The notes under the pieces: generated by a model
Seen by the model: the letters and a program-made list of their open reading frames with translations, nothing else
The model's database searches: none
What the model was told of the DNA's origin: nothing
Translations under genes and position numbers: made by a program
NCBI GenBank assembly: GCA_963598415.1
Contig: CAVBUH010000050.1
Coordinates: 14,189 to 78,188, forward strand
From: Selenomonadaceae bacterium
Lineage (GTDB): Bacteria; Bacillota; Clostridia; Oscillospirales; CAG-272
Direction: 5' to 3'
DNA length: 64,000 bases
Shown here: piece after piece, positions 17,450 through 28,097 of the stretch
Layout of the letters: the number at the start of each line of letters is the position of its first letter
Position numbering within the stretch: the stretch's first letter is position 1

Positions 17450-18868
17450 TTCGTATGTGTATTTTGGTTCAAATATTCGCGTGATCTTTTTATTTTTTCC
17501 GCCGACAAGCTTTGTAACCGCACCTGCACCCACGGCGTATATGTTTTGAAGCTCCTCCATGATGAAAATATTGTAAAGTCCCTCGTATCCGGGCTTTGAA
17601 AATCCAACATTTTCAAGATTTCCCTGCGCATTTTTCTGACGATACAGATAATAAGGCTTATAGCCTCCGCTATACAGGATCCGCTGTGAATAATCTACGC
17701 AGCGCACCGTATCACCGCCTGAATAGGAATATATTCCGAGCGTCTCCCCCTCTGCCGCTTTTTCGGTAAATTCCGCCGCACGCTTAACGCAATAAGTATG
17801 CACCGTCACATTTTCGGGAGACAAAGCCGCTATCTCATCGACGGTTTTTGAAAACATTCCAAAATCCGAACCCGGGAGTCCCGCGATCAGATCGGTATTG
17901 ATACACCGTATCCCTGATTTTCGGGCAATTGCATATGCGGAATAAAAATCAGCGGCGGTATGGTGCCTGCCGATAATTCCGAGTACACGGTCATCAAGTA
18001 TCTGAGGATTGATGCTGGTTCTGTCTACGCCGTTTGAAAGCATCACATCAAACTTACCCGATGTCACGGTATCAGGTCGTCCGGCTTCAACGGTAAATTC
18101 AAGAAGCTTAGCATCTCCAATGCTGCGGTTTATTGTCGTAAGAAGTCTGTCAAGCTGTTGTTCATCGAGAATCGTCGGTGTTCCGCCCCCGACATATACC
18201 GTAAGCAGCTTTTCTCCCCGTTCCTTTATCTGTCGGCAGGTTCGGGCTATATCAAGGCAGAGCATATCAAGATAGTCAGGAATAGTCGAAAGATAGGCGG
18301 GCGTTGAATAGGAGACAAAGGAACAGTAAGCGCATCTTGTCGGGCAGAAAGGGATAGAAACATAAAGCGAGCAGGTCCCCTCCTCCGCAAGCGACACCGC
18401 TTTTTCCTCCGTCTCATTGACCTCGGCAAGAAGGCGCGCTTTATTCTCGGAAACAAAAAATTCCGTCATCAGAGCGGTCTGAACGCCCGCTTTGTCAAGC
18501 CCACGTTTTTTCATTTCCCCTGCAATCTTGGCAGGTCTTACTCCGGTCAGAATCCCCCACGGCGGAGGCATACCCATAAGCCTTTCCCCCGCCTCAAGCA
18601 TCGCTTCCCCAACAGAAATTTTGAAAGCCCTGTCCTCGCTGACCGCAGAGGAGACGGAAGTCCTTCCCCGTCCGATCTCTTTTCTGCCGCCGCTGATAAT
18701 TGCCGCTTCCGAGATAACATATCCGTCTTCAAGCCGCGTTTGAATCGTAACCTCGGGAGAAGCCTCGTCAGCCGCCTCATTTTCGGGAAATTTTGCACCG
18801 GGAAAGAAGATCAAACACAGATTCTGACAATAGGTACGGTTGATTTTTCCGTCAATATGAAGCTTCAT
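17432..18868 (-). CDS. hemZ: HemN-family radical SAM protein (HemZ-like coproporphyrinogen dehydrogenase)
   Basis: Radical SAM motif CPTRCAYCSF, 478 aa. The start ATG overlaps the dtd stop by 1 nt (TGATG). Confidence 0.8.
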   Translation of the reverse strand: MKLHIDGKINRTYCQNLCLIFFPGAKFPENEAADEASPEVTIQTRLEDGYVISEAAIISGGRKEIGRGRTSVSSAVSEDRAFKISVGEAMLEAGERLMGMPPPWGILTGVRPAKIAGEMKKRGLDKAGVQTALMTEFFVSENKARLLAEVNETEEKAVSLAEEGTCSLYVSIPFCPTRCAYCSFVSYSTPAYLSTIPDYLDMLCLDIARTCRQIKERGEKLLTVYVGGGTPTILDEQQLDRLLTTINRSIGDAKLLEFTVEAGRPDTVTSGKFDVMLSNGVDRTSINPQILDDRVLGIIGRHHTAADFYSAYAIARKSGIRCINTDLIAGLPGSDFGMFSKTVDEIAALSPENVTVHTYCVKRAAEFTEKAAEGETLGIYSYSGGDTVRCVDYSQRILYSGGYKPYYLYRQKNAQGNLENVGFSKPGYEGLYNIFIMEELQNIYAVGAGAVTKLVGGKNKKITRIFEPKYTYEYLRNH

Positions 18869-19353
18869 CAGCCGTTTCCTCCGTTATAACCTTTCTTCGA
18901 TGCCTTAAGTTCCCCGCTTTCCACCACAAGCGTGACCGGGCCGTCGTTTTCAAGATCAACCTTCATATCGGCTCCGAAAATCCCCTTTTCGGTCGGACGC
19001 CCCGAAAATTCCTTTATCTTAGCAATAAAATATTCATAAAGCCGTTCTGCCTCAGCCGGAAGCTCAGCAGAAAGAAAGTCGGGGCGGTTACCGCGCCTGC
19101 AATCGGCACAGAGCGTAAAATTCGATATGACAAGAAGCTCTCCTCCGATGTCTCCGAGTGAACGGTTCATCTTTCCGTTCTCATCCTCAAACACACGGAG
19201 CTTTGAAAGCTTGGCGGCAAGCAGTTCCGCGTCGGCAACGGTATCGCCCTTCTTCACACCGAGAAAAATAAGAAACCCCTTCCCGCACCTTCCCGTAATA
19301 TTTCCGTTAACCGATACCGATGCGCGGCTTACTCTTTGGACAACCGCTCTCAT
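18868..19353 (-). CDS. dtd: D-aminoacyl-tRNA deacylase
   Basis: MRAVVQRVSRASVSV.., SNFTL and GIFGADM motifs. The ATG overlaps the relA stop (ATGA). Confidence 0.92.
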   Translation of the reverse strand: MRAVVQRVSRASVSVNGNITGRCGKGFLIFLGVKKGDTVADAELLAAKLSKLRVFEDENGKMNRSLGDIGGELLVISNFTLCADCRRGNRPDFLSAELPAEAERLYEYFIAKIKEFSGRPTEKGIFGADMKVDLENDGPVTLVVESGELKASKKGYNGGNG

Positions 19354-21572
19354 GCCGAATACCCTCTTGTAACGGTTTCAACCTTCGGAACAGAACGCAG
19401 CCTTGACACAATCGATTTGAAATGATCCAGATTCTTACAGGACACGACAAGCTCTATTATCGTACAGTCCGAGCGATTTCTCGTGGCAATACTGAGAAGA
19501 GAAACCTTCATATCGGCAAGCGCCATAGTAACGTCGGCAATCAGCCGTATGTCAGGCTGAGCAACAATCCGTATCTGCGCCTCAAATTCATTGGAAGCAG
19601 ATACCGCCGTTTCCCATCTCGCATTCAGCCAGCGATTGATATAAATCGGATTATTAAGTCCGGATATCACATTCGGACAATCCTGCTTGTGTATCGAAAT
19701 CCCGTAACCCTTTGTAACAAAACCGATAACGGGATCTCCGGGCAGCGGATTACAGCATTTTGCAAACTTGACGGCAAGCCCCTCCACGCCGTCGATCACG
19801 ACGCCGCCGTTTGATTTTTTTCGTTTCTGCGTCACGATCTGATCAGCCGATTGCGGAAGCGTTTCCTCCGGCTTTACCACACGCTCAAATTCGTCACGAA
19901 GCTTGGCGGATATTTTAGACATGGTAAGCCCGCCGTATCCGATCGTATTGTACAGATCCTCGGGATCGAGTATGCCGAGACGCTTTCCGACATTGGTCAG
20001 TATCTCATGCCGCTGCGCATCGGTATAAGGTCTTCCGATACGCTTAAGCTCCCTGTCCACCTCTGCTCTTCCGACAACGATATTCTCGGCGCGGCGTTCT
20101 CTCTTGAACCATTGACGTATTTTATTCCTCGCCTCTCCGGTTTTCACAATCTTCATCCAATCGCGGGAAGGCCCTTTCGAAGCGGACGAGGTAATGATTT
20201 CAACAATCTCTCCGTTTTGCGGAACCTTGTCTATCGGAACAATCATGCCGTTTATTTTCGCCCCGACCATCTTGTTCCCGACCTCGGAATGAATAGCGTA
20301 GGCAAAATCTATAACGGTTGAACCCTGCGGCAGAGTGATGATATCGCCTTTGGGCGTAAAGACGAATACCTCATCGTGCATAATATCAATTTTAAGAGCC
20401 TGAAGAAATTCTTCGGGATCCCGCGTACCGTCTTCGGTCTCAATGAGCTTTGCTATCCAGCTTAGCTTCCTGTCGATCTCTTCCTTGCTTTCTTCCCCGG
20501 ATTTATATTTCCAATGAGCGGCGACACCGTATTCGGCTATCTGATGCATTTCCCATGTTCTTATCTGAACCTCAAAAGGAATTGCATTCCTTCCCATAAC
20601 AGTAGTATGGAGCGAACGATACATATTCGGCTTAGGAGTAGAAATGTAATCCTTGAACCGCCCTGGTATCATACTGAACATTTCGTGCATCAAACCGAGA
20701 ACAACATAGCACTCCTCTTCGGTGTTTACAATCACACGCAAAGCATAAAAATCAAATATCTGATCGAAGCTCTTGTTCTGCTGATACATTTTTCTGTAAA
20801 TGCTGTAAACCGATTTAACGCGGCCCTCCAGAATAAAATTGATTCCTGCCTCGGTGAGCTTATCTGCTACCTGAGAGCGCGCTCTTTCAATAAAATCGCG
20901 GTTCTCACCGTATCGTTTTTCTATATCCCTTTTTATTTCTTCATAACCGATCGGATCAAGGTATTCAAGAGACAGATTTTCAAGCTCGTGCTTCATCCTC
21001 TGCATTCCGAGACGGTGTGCAAGAGGGGCAAAGACCTGCATCGTTTCAAGAGCGGTCATTCTTCTCTTTGCATCCTGCTTTACACCGAGAGTACGCATAT
21101 TATGAAGACGGTCGCTGAGCTTTATAAAGATTACTCTTACATCCTTTGACATGGCAAGAAACATTTTGCGAAGATTTTCAATATGCTGTTCCTCTTTATC
21201 CTCAAAAGGAATCTGCACCATTTTAGTTAACCCGTCAACAAGCTGAGCAACATCGTCCCCGAACTCTTTTCTTATCGTAGGAATGTCAATTCTTCCTCCG
21301 CAGTCCTCAACAGTATCATGAAGCAAAGCCGCACAAACCGAATCGGTATCAAGCTCAAGTCCCGCGACAATTTCCGCTACAGCTACAGGATGACTGATAT
21401 ATTCCTCCCCGCTGCACCGATACTGTCCCTGATGAAGCTCTTTTGCATAAAGATATGCCTTTTTTATTTTTTCCGTATCATAGTGTTTTCCTGTCTTTTC
21501 AAGAGCAAGAAGCAGTTTTTCTATACCGGCGTATACATTTCCGCCGGATTCGTCAATCGTTTGTATAAGCAT
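19350..21572 (-). CDS. relA: bifunctional (p)ppGpp synthetase/hydrolase
   Basis: HD domain (HPVAVAEI..LHDTVED), RelA/SpoT synthetase domain (..YRSLHTTV..), then TGS and C-terminal ACT-like regions. 740 aa. Confidence 0.93.
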   Translation of the reverse strand: MLIQTIDESGGNVYAGIEKLLLALEKTGKHYDTEKIKKAYLYAKELHQGQYRCSGEEYISHPVAVAEIVAGLELDTDSVCAALLHDTVEDCGGRIDIPTIRKEFGDDVAQLVDGLTKMVQIPFEDKEEQHIENLRKMFLAMSKDVRVIFIKLSDRLHNMRTLGVKQDAKRRMTALETMQVFAPLAHRLGMQRMKHELENLSLEYLDPIGYEEIKRDIEKRYGENRDFIERARSQVADKLTEAGINFILEGRVKSVYSIYRKMYQQNKSFDQIFDFYALRVIVNTEEECYVVLGLMHEMFSMIPGRFKDYISTPKPNMYRSLHTTVMGRNAIPFEVQIRTWEMHQIAEYGVAAHWKYKSGEESKEEIDRKLSWIAKLIETEDGTRDPEEFLQALKIDIMHDEVFVFTPKGDIITLPQGSTVIDFAYAIHSEVGNKMVGAKINGMIVPIDKVPQNGEIVEIITSSASKGPSRDWMKIVKTGEARNKIRQWFKRERRAENIVVGRAEVDRELKRIGRPYTDAQRHEILTNVGKRLGILDPEDLYNTIGYGGLTMSKISAKLRDEFERVVKPEETLPQSADQIVTQKRKKSNGGVVIDGVEGLAVKFAKCCNPLPGDPVIGFVTKGYGISIHKQDCPNVISGLNNPIYINRWLNARWETAVSASNEFEAQIRIVAQPDIRLIADVTMALADMKVSLLSIATRNRSDCTIIELVVSCKNLDHFKSIVSRLRSVPKVETVTRGYSA

Positions 21573-23680
21573 GATTTTTCAAGATTCACCTTTTTTTCAA
21601 GATTATTCACTGTAATTCCGAACATTTCCATACCTGCGTGTTCGGTATCGATCTCTTCAAGAGATATTACTCCACTTTCGTCAAGAATATCAAGCGCAAG
21701 CCTCAGCCTTACATAATTTATCGGTCCCGTCTGCCCCGGAGTACTGTTCAATTCATAGAGCAGACTGTTGATACAAATGATTCCGCGTCCGTCGGAAAGT
21801 CCCCGCTTCAGTCTTAAATAGACACTTACAAAATCCTCTCTTTTCGGGGAATTGGCTTTGCACGCCCATATTTCTCCTCTGAGCGCCGCCTCATATTCAC
21901 CGAGGAAGTCTTCCTTTTTGGAAACCGATTCGTCCGATAAACGGATATCTCTTATTACAAGCTGCACCGAACGGCTTCCCTGAAATTCATTTATATTAAG
22001 ATTGAACACAATATCCGAAACATCGCCCGGTACATAACCGAGTTCGTCGGGAGAAATACCGAAATATACTGCCGGGAACCTTTCCCCGTTCCTTTCAAGT
22101 ATCAGCTTGGTATGACGTCCGGCTCCGATCGGGGAAATATCTGCAACCTTAAGACCGCCCATCATAAAGAGCGGGACCGGATTCGATATGCCGAACGGCT
22201 CAAGCAGTTCCAGCTCCTCCGCCTGCCGTAAGGTTATTTCCTCAGGATAAAGCTCGCAGTCGATATCCATGTCGGTAACGAAATCCGCCTCCGACAAGCG
22301 CTCTCTTGCATATTCATTGATGCGTTGCCTAAATTCCGGAAGCCTTTCCTTTTCGATGGAAAGTCCCGCAGCAAGCTCATGGCCGCCATACTTTATAAGA
22401 AGATCTCCGCAAGCGTCAAGAGCTTCTACAAGATTCAGTCCTTTTATACTTCTGCCGGATCCCTTTCCGATATCACCCTCAAAAGAGATAAGAATCGAAG
22501 GCCGGCTGTATTTTTCCGTAACGCGGGAGGCGACAATACCGATTACGCCGTGATGCCAATTCTCATCGTCAAGAACAATGACAGGATTGTCTCCGAATTT
22601 CGAATCGCTCTCCATTGTCGCCCTTATCTGTTCAACAATTTTATTTTCCTCATACTGACGCTTCCGATTTATCTCGCAAAGCTCAGAGGCAATTTCTGCC
22701 GCTTTTGCTTCCGAGTCAGTGAGAAACAGTTCAACCGCCAAAGCAGCGGTGTTAATTCTTCCCGCCGCGTTTATTCTCGGTGCAAGAGTAAAGCCAATCA
22801 GTGAAGATGTCGCTTTTTTTCTCTGTTTGGATTTCCCTCCGTCAGAAGCATCAAGCAGCGCTTTTACGCCGGGCCTTGCCGAACGGTTCATATAGCCTAA
22901 TCCCATGCTTACTATAAGTCGGTTCTCGTCGCGGAGCGGCATTACGTCCGCTACCGTTCCTATCGCTACCAAGTCTATGTATTTTTGGCAGACATATGCG
23001 AGAAACCCCTCCGTACTCCGCCCGGAGTTCTTTCTCAGGGTATATTCGAGCGCCGTGATCAACTTAAAAGCAACACCGACCCCCGCAAGCTCTTTAAAAG
23101 GATATCTACACCCGCTTCGTCTCGGATTTACCACGGCACAGGCGTCAGGAAGCTCTCCGTGACATTCGTGATGATCAGTAACAATGACATCGCATCCAAG
23201 CTGTACCGCATATTCCGTCTCCGAAACGGCGGTTATCCCGGTATCGACGGTAAGAAATAGCTTTGCGCCTTCCTCTGCCAGCTTTTTTACCGCCTCTTTA
23301 TTCACACCGTACCCCTCGCCGGCACGGCTCGGAATATAGTATCCGACATTTCCGCCGCATTCGGAAAGATACAGATACAGTATGCTGACCGAGGTAACCC
23401 CGTCAACGTCATAATCTCCGTATATAACGATTTTTTCGCCTGACTCAAGCGCCCTTAATATTCTACCGCAGGCCTTATCCATATCCTGCATCAGAAACGG
23501 ATCATGAAAGAGTTCCGTTTCGAGATTGATAAAAGCCTTCGCTTCGGCAGAAGTATGATATCCGCGTTCGTAAAGCAGCTTCGCCGTTATATACGCTATT
23601 CCGAGATCCTTTGAGATTTCAGCTACAACACTATGAGCCTCATTTCTGTCTCCGATATTCCATTTTTTATTCTTTGCCAT
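21521..23680 (-). CDS. recJ: single-stranded-DNA-specific exonuclease RecJ
   Basis: DHH motifs (YGDYDVDGVTS, VTDHHE) and DHHA1 (GGHELAAG). Start taken at ATG 23680 (MAKNKKWNI..); a longer TTG ORF runs to 23722. The 3' end overlaps the annotated relA start by 52 nt. Confidence 0.9.
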   Translation of the reverse strand: MAKNKKWNIGDRNEAHSVVAEISKDLGIAYITAKLLYERGYHTSAEAKAFINLETELFHDPFLMQDMDKACGRILRALESGEKIVIYGDYDVDGVTSVSILYLYLSECGGNVGYYIPSRAGEGYGVNKEAVKKLAEEGAKLFLTVDTGITAVSETEYAVQLGCDVIVTDHHECHGELPDACAVVNPRRSGCRYPFKELAGVGVAFKLITALEYTLRKNSGRSTEGFLAYVCQKYIDLVAIGTVADVMPLRDENRLIVSMGLGYMNRSARPGVKALLDASDGGKSKQRKKATSSLIGFTLAPRINAAGRINTAALAVELFLTDSEAKAAEIASELCEINRKRQYEENKIVEQIRATMESDSKFGDNPVIVLDDENWHHGVIGIVASRVTEKYSRPSILISFEGDIGKGSGRSIKGLNLVEALDACGDLLIKYGGHELAAGLSIEKERLPEFRQRINEYARERLSEADFVTDMDIDCELYPEEITLRQAEELELLEPFGISNPVPLFMMGGLKVADISPIGAGRHTKLILERNGERFPAVYFGISPDELGYVPGDVSDIVFNLNINEFQGSRSVQLVIRDIRLSDESVSKKEDFLGEYEAALRGEIWACKANSPKREDFVSVYLRLKRGLSDGRGIICINSLLYELNSTPGQTGPINYVRLRLALDILDESGVISLEEIDTEHAGMEMFGITVNNLEKKVNLEKSCLYKRLTNPAEMYTPV

Positions 23681-23786
23681 AGCTCCCTTTCCAATCGGAG
23701 AACGCCTTAAAAACTTTTGCAAAGTTTCCTCTTCTCAATTTCACAAAGGTTGTAAAAAAACCGCACTCCTGACTCTTCTTTCATTC

Positions 23787-25361
23787 TCAAAATATAGCAT
23801 ATCTTCTTATAATCGCTTCCGCACATCTTAAACCGTCGACTGCCGCGGAGGTAATGCCTCCGGCATATCCCGCACCTTCTCCTCCGGGATAGATGTTGTC
23901 AAAACCCGCAGCAAGAAACGCTTCGTTTCTCATAATTCTAACAGGTGCGGAGGTTCTTGTCTCGACTCCGGTCAATATCGCGTCCGGACAGGAGAAGCCT
24001 TCTATATTGTTATTGAAGCTTGTTATTCCGAGCCTCAGCATCTCTGTTATTTTCCCGGGGAAAATCTTTGAAAGATCAGCGGCTCTGACATTTCCGCCCA
24101 TATAGGTCGGCGTAATCCTTCCGGGCTCTGTTCCATATTTGCCGGAAAGAAAATCTCCGACCGTCTGGATCGGCGCGGCATAACCTCCTCCCCCGGCAGC
24201 AAAAGCAGCTCTTTCAAGGCTTCTCTGAAACGCGATGGGATCTTCGGGAGAAACCGAAACGGCAACAGCAGAATTTGAATTCATTCCGTCGCGCTTATAT
24301 CGGCTCATACCGTTTGTAACGACGCCTCCCTCCTCCGAAGCCGCAGCGATAACCTCGCCTCCGGGGCACATACAGAAAGTATATACGCAATCTTCTCCAA
24401 CTCTCTTGGAAAGCGCATATTCGGCATGTCCGAGCTTCGGATTGCCCGCCTCTCCGCGAAAAATTGCCCTCTCGATATCCCGTCTCAAATGCTCTATTCT
24501 GACGCCGACGGAAAAAGGCTTAGGGACTATATCAAAACCGCTTTTCATCAGATACGCATAGGTATCGCGGGCACTGTGCCCGATTGCCAAAAGAAGCTGA
24601 CCGCAAGGAATCGCCTCCTTATCGGTTGTTACGGCTACTGCACGGTTTCCCGATACTTCAATCCCAGTAAGCTTAGTATTGTAAAGAATCTCTCCTCCAA
24701 GCTCTCTGATTCTGCCGTCAATATTGGCAACAACCCCAAGCAGCTTATCGGTTCCTATATGAGGTTTTGCGTTTCTCAATATCTCACGAGGCGCTCCATA
24801 ACCCGCCAGGCATTCAAGAACATAACGACAGCGCTTATCGTTGATCCTGGTAACAAGCTTACCGTCTGAAAAGGTTCCCGCTCCTCCGGCGCCGAACTGT
24901 ATGTTTGTCTCGGTGTCAAGCTCCCCGGTAGTAAGAAATTTTCTTACCTTAGCAGTTCTTGCCATCACCGAATCGCCTCTCTCAATCACAATCGGACGAT
25001 ATCCCTTTTCGGCAAGAAGAAGCGCCGCAAACATGCCGCAGGGACCGAAGCCGACGATTACCGGCCTGCCGAAGGAAAGCTCTTTTCCCGGGAGAAGGCC
25101 GTCTATGGGATTTCCTTCTTCAAGAGAAACACAATCCATCTCGGCAAGCCGTTTCTCCGGGATTTCAATCTCTGTCCTCACCGATACCGAATATACCATC
25201 GTAATGGTTTTATGACGGGTATCCACAGAACGCCTGAAAATATACCGGTCCGTTATATATTTCTTATCAATTAACGGAGCAAGCCGGGCTGCGGCCTGCT
25301 CCATCACATCTCCGTCCGATGCCGAAATCGGCACGCGGATATTTCTTACTATTATCTGCAT
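23787..25361 (-). CDS. FAD-dependent oxidoreductase (COG2509-like)
   Basis: Dinucleotide-binding motif VGFGPCGMFAALLLAEKG; 524 aa. Confidence 0.8.
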   Translation of the reverse strand: MQIIVRNIRVPISASDGDVMEQAAARLAPLIDKKYITDRYIFRRSVDTRHKTITMVYSVSVRTEIEIPEKRLAEMDCVSLEEGNPIDGLLPGKELSFGRPVIVGFGPCGMFAALLLAEKGYRPIVIERGDSVMARTAKVRKFLTTGELDTETNIQFGAGGAGTFSDGKLVTRINDKRCRYVLECLAGYGAPREILRNAKPHIGTDKLLGVVANIDGRIRELGGEILYNTKLTGIEVSGNRAVAVTTDKEAIPCGQLLLAIGHSARDTYAYLMKSGFDIVPKPFSVGVRIEHLRRDIERAIFRGEAGNPKLGHAEYALSKRVGEDCVYTFCMCPGGEVIAAASEEGGVVTNGMSRYKRDGMNSNSAVAVSVSPEDPIAFQRSLERAAFAAGGGGYAAPIQTVGDFLSGKYGTEPGRITPTYMGGNVRAADLSKIFPGKITEMLRLGITSFNNNIEGFSCPDAILTGVETRTSAPVRIMRNEAFLAAGFDNIYPGGEGAGYAGGITSAAVDGLRCAEAIIRRYAIF

Positions 25362-25395
25362 GACTGTCTTTTCTGCGGAAAAGCTCCGCCTTTCA

Positions 25396-26670
25396 TCAAG
25401 GATTGATCTTCACGGAAACCGAATAGGTTCCCACTTCATATACTTTTCCTGCGTAAGGAGAAGAAAACACGAACGACACCGGCACCATAGCGGTTCCGCT
25501 TACGCTGCCCTGAGAGGTAAGATCGACAGTCGCCGTAATACTCATGGAGTTGATCCTGCTCACCAGAGCGGCATCCCCCTGTACCGTTATATTGATCGGT
25601 CCGGTGATCGGCTCGTAGGCAATACCATCCGGATTGATAACGCTGATATTATACACACTCAGTATCCTTGACGAAATCCCCTTCAGTTCTATTGATATAA
25701 CAGCAGCTTCGACTGCATTTACATTTTTTACACCGTCAGGAAGCATTATACTTACTGTATACGAGGTATCGCCGCTTATTTTTTTCTCATCTATTTCATA
25801 TTGAAGCCTAACCGCGTCCACCGCGTCGGCTTCCCCCTTCACTCTCACCGTCATGGGATCAACAGAAACCGTTACATTCTGGTCATCAAAGTATCCGTAT
25901 TTATAAGTCACGGTTATCGGCACATCACGGTATTTATATACCGGTATCGTCGCTGTAACATAAGAAACGTTTGTCTTTATATAACTGTTTGTAACGGTAT
26001 TCCCGAAGGAATCAACGAGAGAAATATTTCCGCTGTATGTTACGGTTCTTGTGACATGACCGATATCCGCACTGATTTTGGCATATTCGATCTGAGATAT
26101 TACCGATTCCGGTCCTGTAACCGTAACGTTCTGAATATCGGTCGTGATATCGTTGCGTCCAAGCTCATACCCGTCCTCAAGCATAAAATTCGTAATTTCC
26201 GTTATCACCGGAACCGAAACCGACGAGGTGTTGTCTGCATATACGGTAATCGAATTAGAGGTGGATTTAACAAGCGATACCCCGTTCGGAAGCTCATACT
26301 GCACATCAAATTTATATTTTCCCGCAGAAGTAATCGACGACATATCAATAAAAGCACGAATATCGGAAGTGGAAATACGGTTTATAACACTTCTTTTTCC
26401 CGACAACGTTACATCTACCGTCACATCGTCTCCGGAAAGCACCGAAAAACCGCTTTGATTGACAATATCCACGGGAATGGAGGAAAAGTATTCCTCATAT
26501 AGAGCGGTATCGTTTTTTACGGCATAAAACCAAATGAAAAACGCTATAATCAGACATCCGATTTTGGCAATAAAATCAACTGTCTTATTACGCCTGATGG
26601 TCAGATTCCCGTTCTTTTCACTCTTTATCATATCTTCTTTTTCTTCTGAATTGCTCTTATCCGTATGCAA
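25396..26670 (-). CDS. cdaR: YbbR domain-containing protein, CdaA regulator
   Basis: N-terminal TM segment followed by repeated beta-rich YbbR-like segments. TTG start preceded by a GGAGGGAG SD. Lies immediately downstream of cdaA. Confidence 0.8.
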   Translation of the reverse strand: MHTDKSNSEEKEDMIKSEKNGNLTIRRNKTVDFIAKIGCLIIAFFIWFYAVKNDTALYEEYFSSIPVDIVNQSGFSVLSGDDVTVDVTLSGKRSVINRISTSDIRAFIDMSSITSAGKYKFDVQYELPNGVSLVKSTSNSITVYADNTSSVSVPVITEITNFMLEDGYELGRNDITTDIQNVTVTGPESVISQIEYAKISADIGHVTRTVTYSGNISLVDSFGNTVTNSYIKTNVSYVTATIPVYKYRDVPITVTYKYGYFDDQNVTVSVDPMTVRVKGEADAVDAVRLQYEIDEKKISGDTSYTVSIMLPDGVKNVNAVEAAVISIELKGISSRILSVYNISVINPDGIAYEPITGPINITVQGDAALVSRINSMSITATVDLTSQGSVSGTAMVPVSFVFSSPYAGKVYEVGTYSVSVKINP

Positions 26671-26690
26671 AGGGCTCCCTCCCTTCCGTT

Positions 26691-27551
26691 TTATTTCTGA
26701 TCTTTTTTAATATAAGTCATAATCGTATTTACTCGCTTTGAAGGGGATATCGAAAACATATTCTCAAGCTCTCTCTTAAGAGAATTATAGGTATATCCCC
26801 GTTTCAGTTGTCCTCCCACGGCAACCGAAATATTGCCGGTTTCCTCCGATACTATAATCACTGCGGCGTCGCTCTCCTCGCTCATACCGATTCCGGCGCG
26901 ATGTCTCGTGCCGAGATCCATAATGATATTTTCATTGGAAGAGAGTGGAAGGAAGCAGCCTGCAGCGTATATTCTCCAGCTTCTGATTATAACGGCTCCG
27001 TCATGAAGCGGTGCACCGTTGTAAAAAATATTCTTCAGCATAAAAGCAGATATATCCGCATTCACCGTAACTCCGGTTTTTATAATATCTCCAAGCTTTG
27101 TGCTTCTTTCCAGCACAATGAGAGCACCGGTTTTTGAAGCGGAAAGCTCCTCCGCAGCACGGCATATCTCATTTATATAAGGAGAAACAGAGCTTTGCAC
27201 ATCCTTATTTTCACCGATATTACGGAGGCTTTTGAGCGGTTCTCCTCCTACTTTTTCAAGTGCAGAACGAAGCTCCGGTTGAAACACAACAACAAGAGCC
27301 ATAAATCCCACCTGAAACAGATTCGACATAATATAGGTCATAGCGCTCAATCCCATAAGATTGCTGAGAAGCATTACCGCTATGAGCAGAGCAACCCCTG
27401 CCGCAAGCTTTCCCGCCCGTCTGTCTCGTATAAAGGAATATACAAGATAAAGTAAAACCGCAACGAGCAGGATATCGAGGATGTCAACTATCCTGATAGA
27501 CTTTATTTGATTGACAAAATATGACCATGTAAAGGTGATTTTTTCATCCAT
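26691..27551 (-). CDS. cdaA: diadenylate cyclase CdaA
   Basis: Three N-terminal TM helices plus a DAC domain with motifs DGAVIIR, LGTRHRAG and SEETG. Confidence 0.92.
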   Translation of the reverse strand: MDEKITFTWSYFVNQIKSIRIVDILDILLVAVLLYLVYSFIRDRRAGKLAAGVALLIAVMLLSNLMGLSAMTYIMSNLFQVGFMALVVVFQPELRSALEKVGGEPLKSLRNIGENKDVQSSVSPYINEICRAAEELSASKTGALIVLERSTKLGDIIKTGVTVNADISAFMLKNIFYNGAPLHDGAVIIRSWRIYAAGCFLPLSSNENIIMDLGTRHRAGIGMSEESDAAVIIVSEETGNISVAVGGQLKRGYTYNSLKRELENMFSISPSKRVNTIMTYIKKDQK

Positions 27552-27984
27552 GACAGTCTCCGAACAACGCCGAGGGGCGGTTTAATTGCCGATTCAAAAA
27601 TATTCATTATTTATTTTACCACAATTGAAATCATATTTCAATTGTAACAGATTATTTTTTATCTGTCTCTCAAAAAATTTACATATTATCTCATATTCAG
27701 AAAAGACAACAAAAATGCAAACAAAAACGTCGGAATATTGGCCCGATTATAATACTCGATATATAACAATAACTGACAAGATAAGTAAAAAAATGCAGGA
27801 AGCTATGACGAAAATCATCAGAACCCCACGGCATTGCCTTAAAGAATGTCTGGAAATTTAGTGCTAACGATATCTCGGCAATCTCTCACCACACATCCTT
27901 GATATGCCCGAAATGCAGAAATAAAGCAGGAATTGCATTCCCTTTCGCCATTTATCGATTTATTTCGCTTTTTATGTTTTTCTA

Positions 27985-28013
27985 TTGACATTTGTATTAA
28001 AATATTATATAGT
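27985..28013 (+). promoter_or_regulatory. candidate sigma-A promoter of the ATP-grasp gene
   Basis: TTGACA (27985-27990), 17-nt spacer, TATAGT (28008-28013). Confidence 0.5.
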
Positions 28014-28033
28014 TATATTATATAATATTTTAA
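27997..28033. promoter_or_regulatory. perfect 15-bp inverted repeat overlapping the -10 region (candidate operator)
   Basis: TTAAAATATTATATA (27997-28011), 7-nt spacer, TATATAATATTTTAA (28019-28033). Confidence 0.45.
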
Positions 28034-28097
28034 TGGTCTGTGCCCTCATCTGTGTCAAATTAGATTAAAGTACAGCTTATACCGGAGAAACGACAAA

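Noticed and set aside
20514-21149. Long antisense ORFs inside well-supported genes: 20514-21149 in relA, 25801-26502 in cdaR, 12430-12969 in the ABC ATPase, 33524-34415 across nfo-like and neighbouring genes, 38639-39115 in the MBL gene, and 52965-53769 in ftsK.
   Set aside because: The opposite strand carries genes with clear family motifs. The antisense products are low-complexity or Arg/Ser/Cys-rich, typical of shadow ORFs.
21521-21572. The 52-nt recJ/relA overlap as a possible frameshift or annotation artefact.
   Set aside because: Both frames are continuous and carry full-length family motifs. The most likely explanation is a slightly different true relA start or a genuine overlap. I saw nothing suggesting a pseudogene.
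27586-27861. 91-aa ORF upstream of cdaA.
   Set aside because: The region is AT-rich with no SD, and the peptide has no recognisable features. The 3' part contains decayed repeat-A-like ends (GGCATTGCCTTAA).
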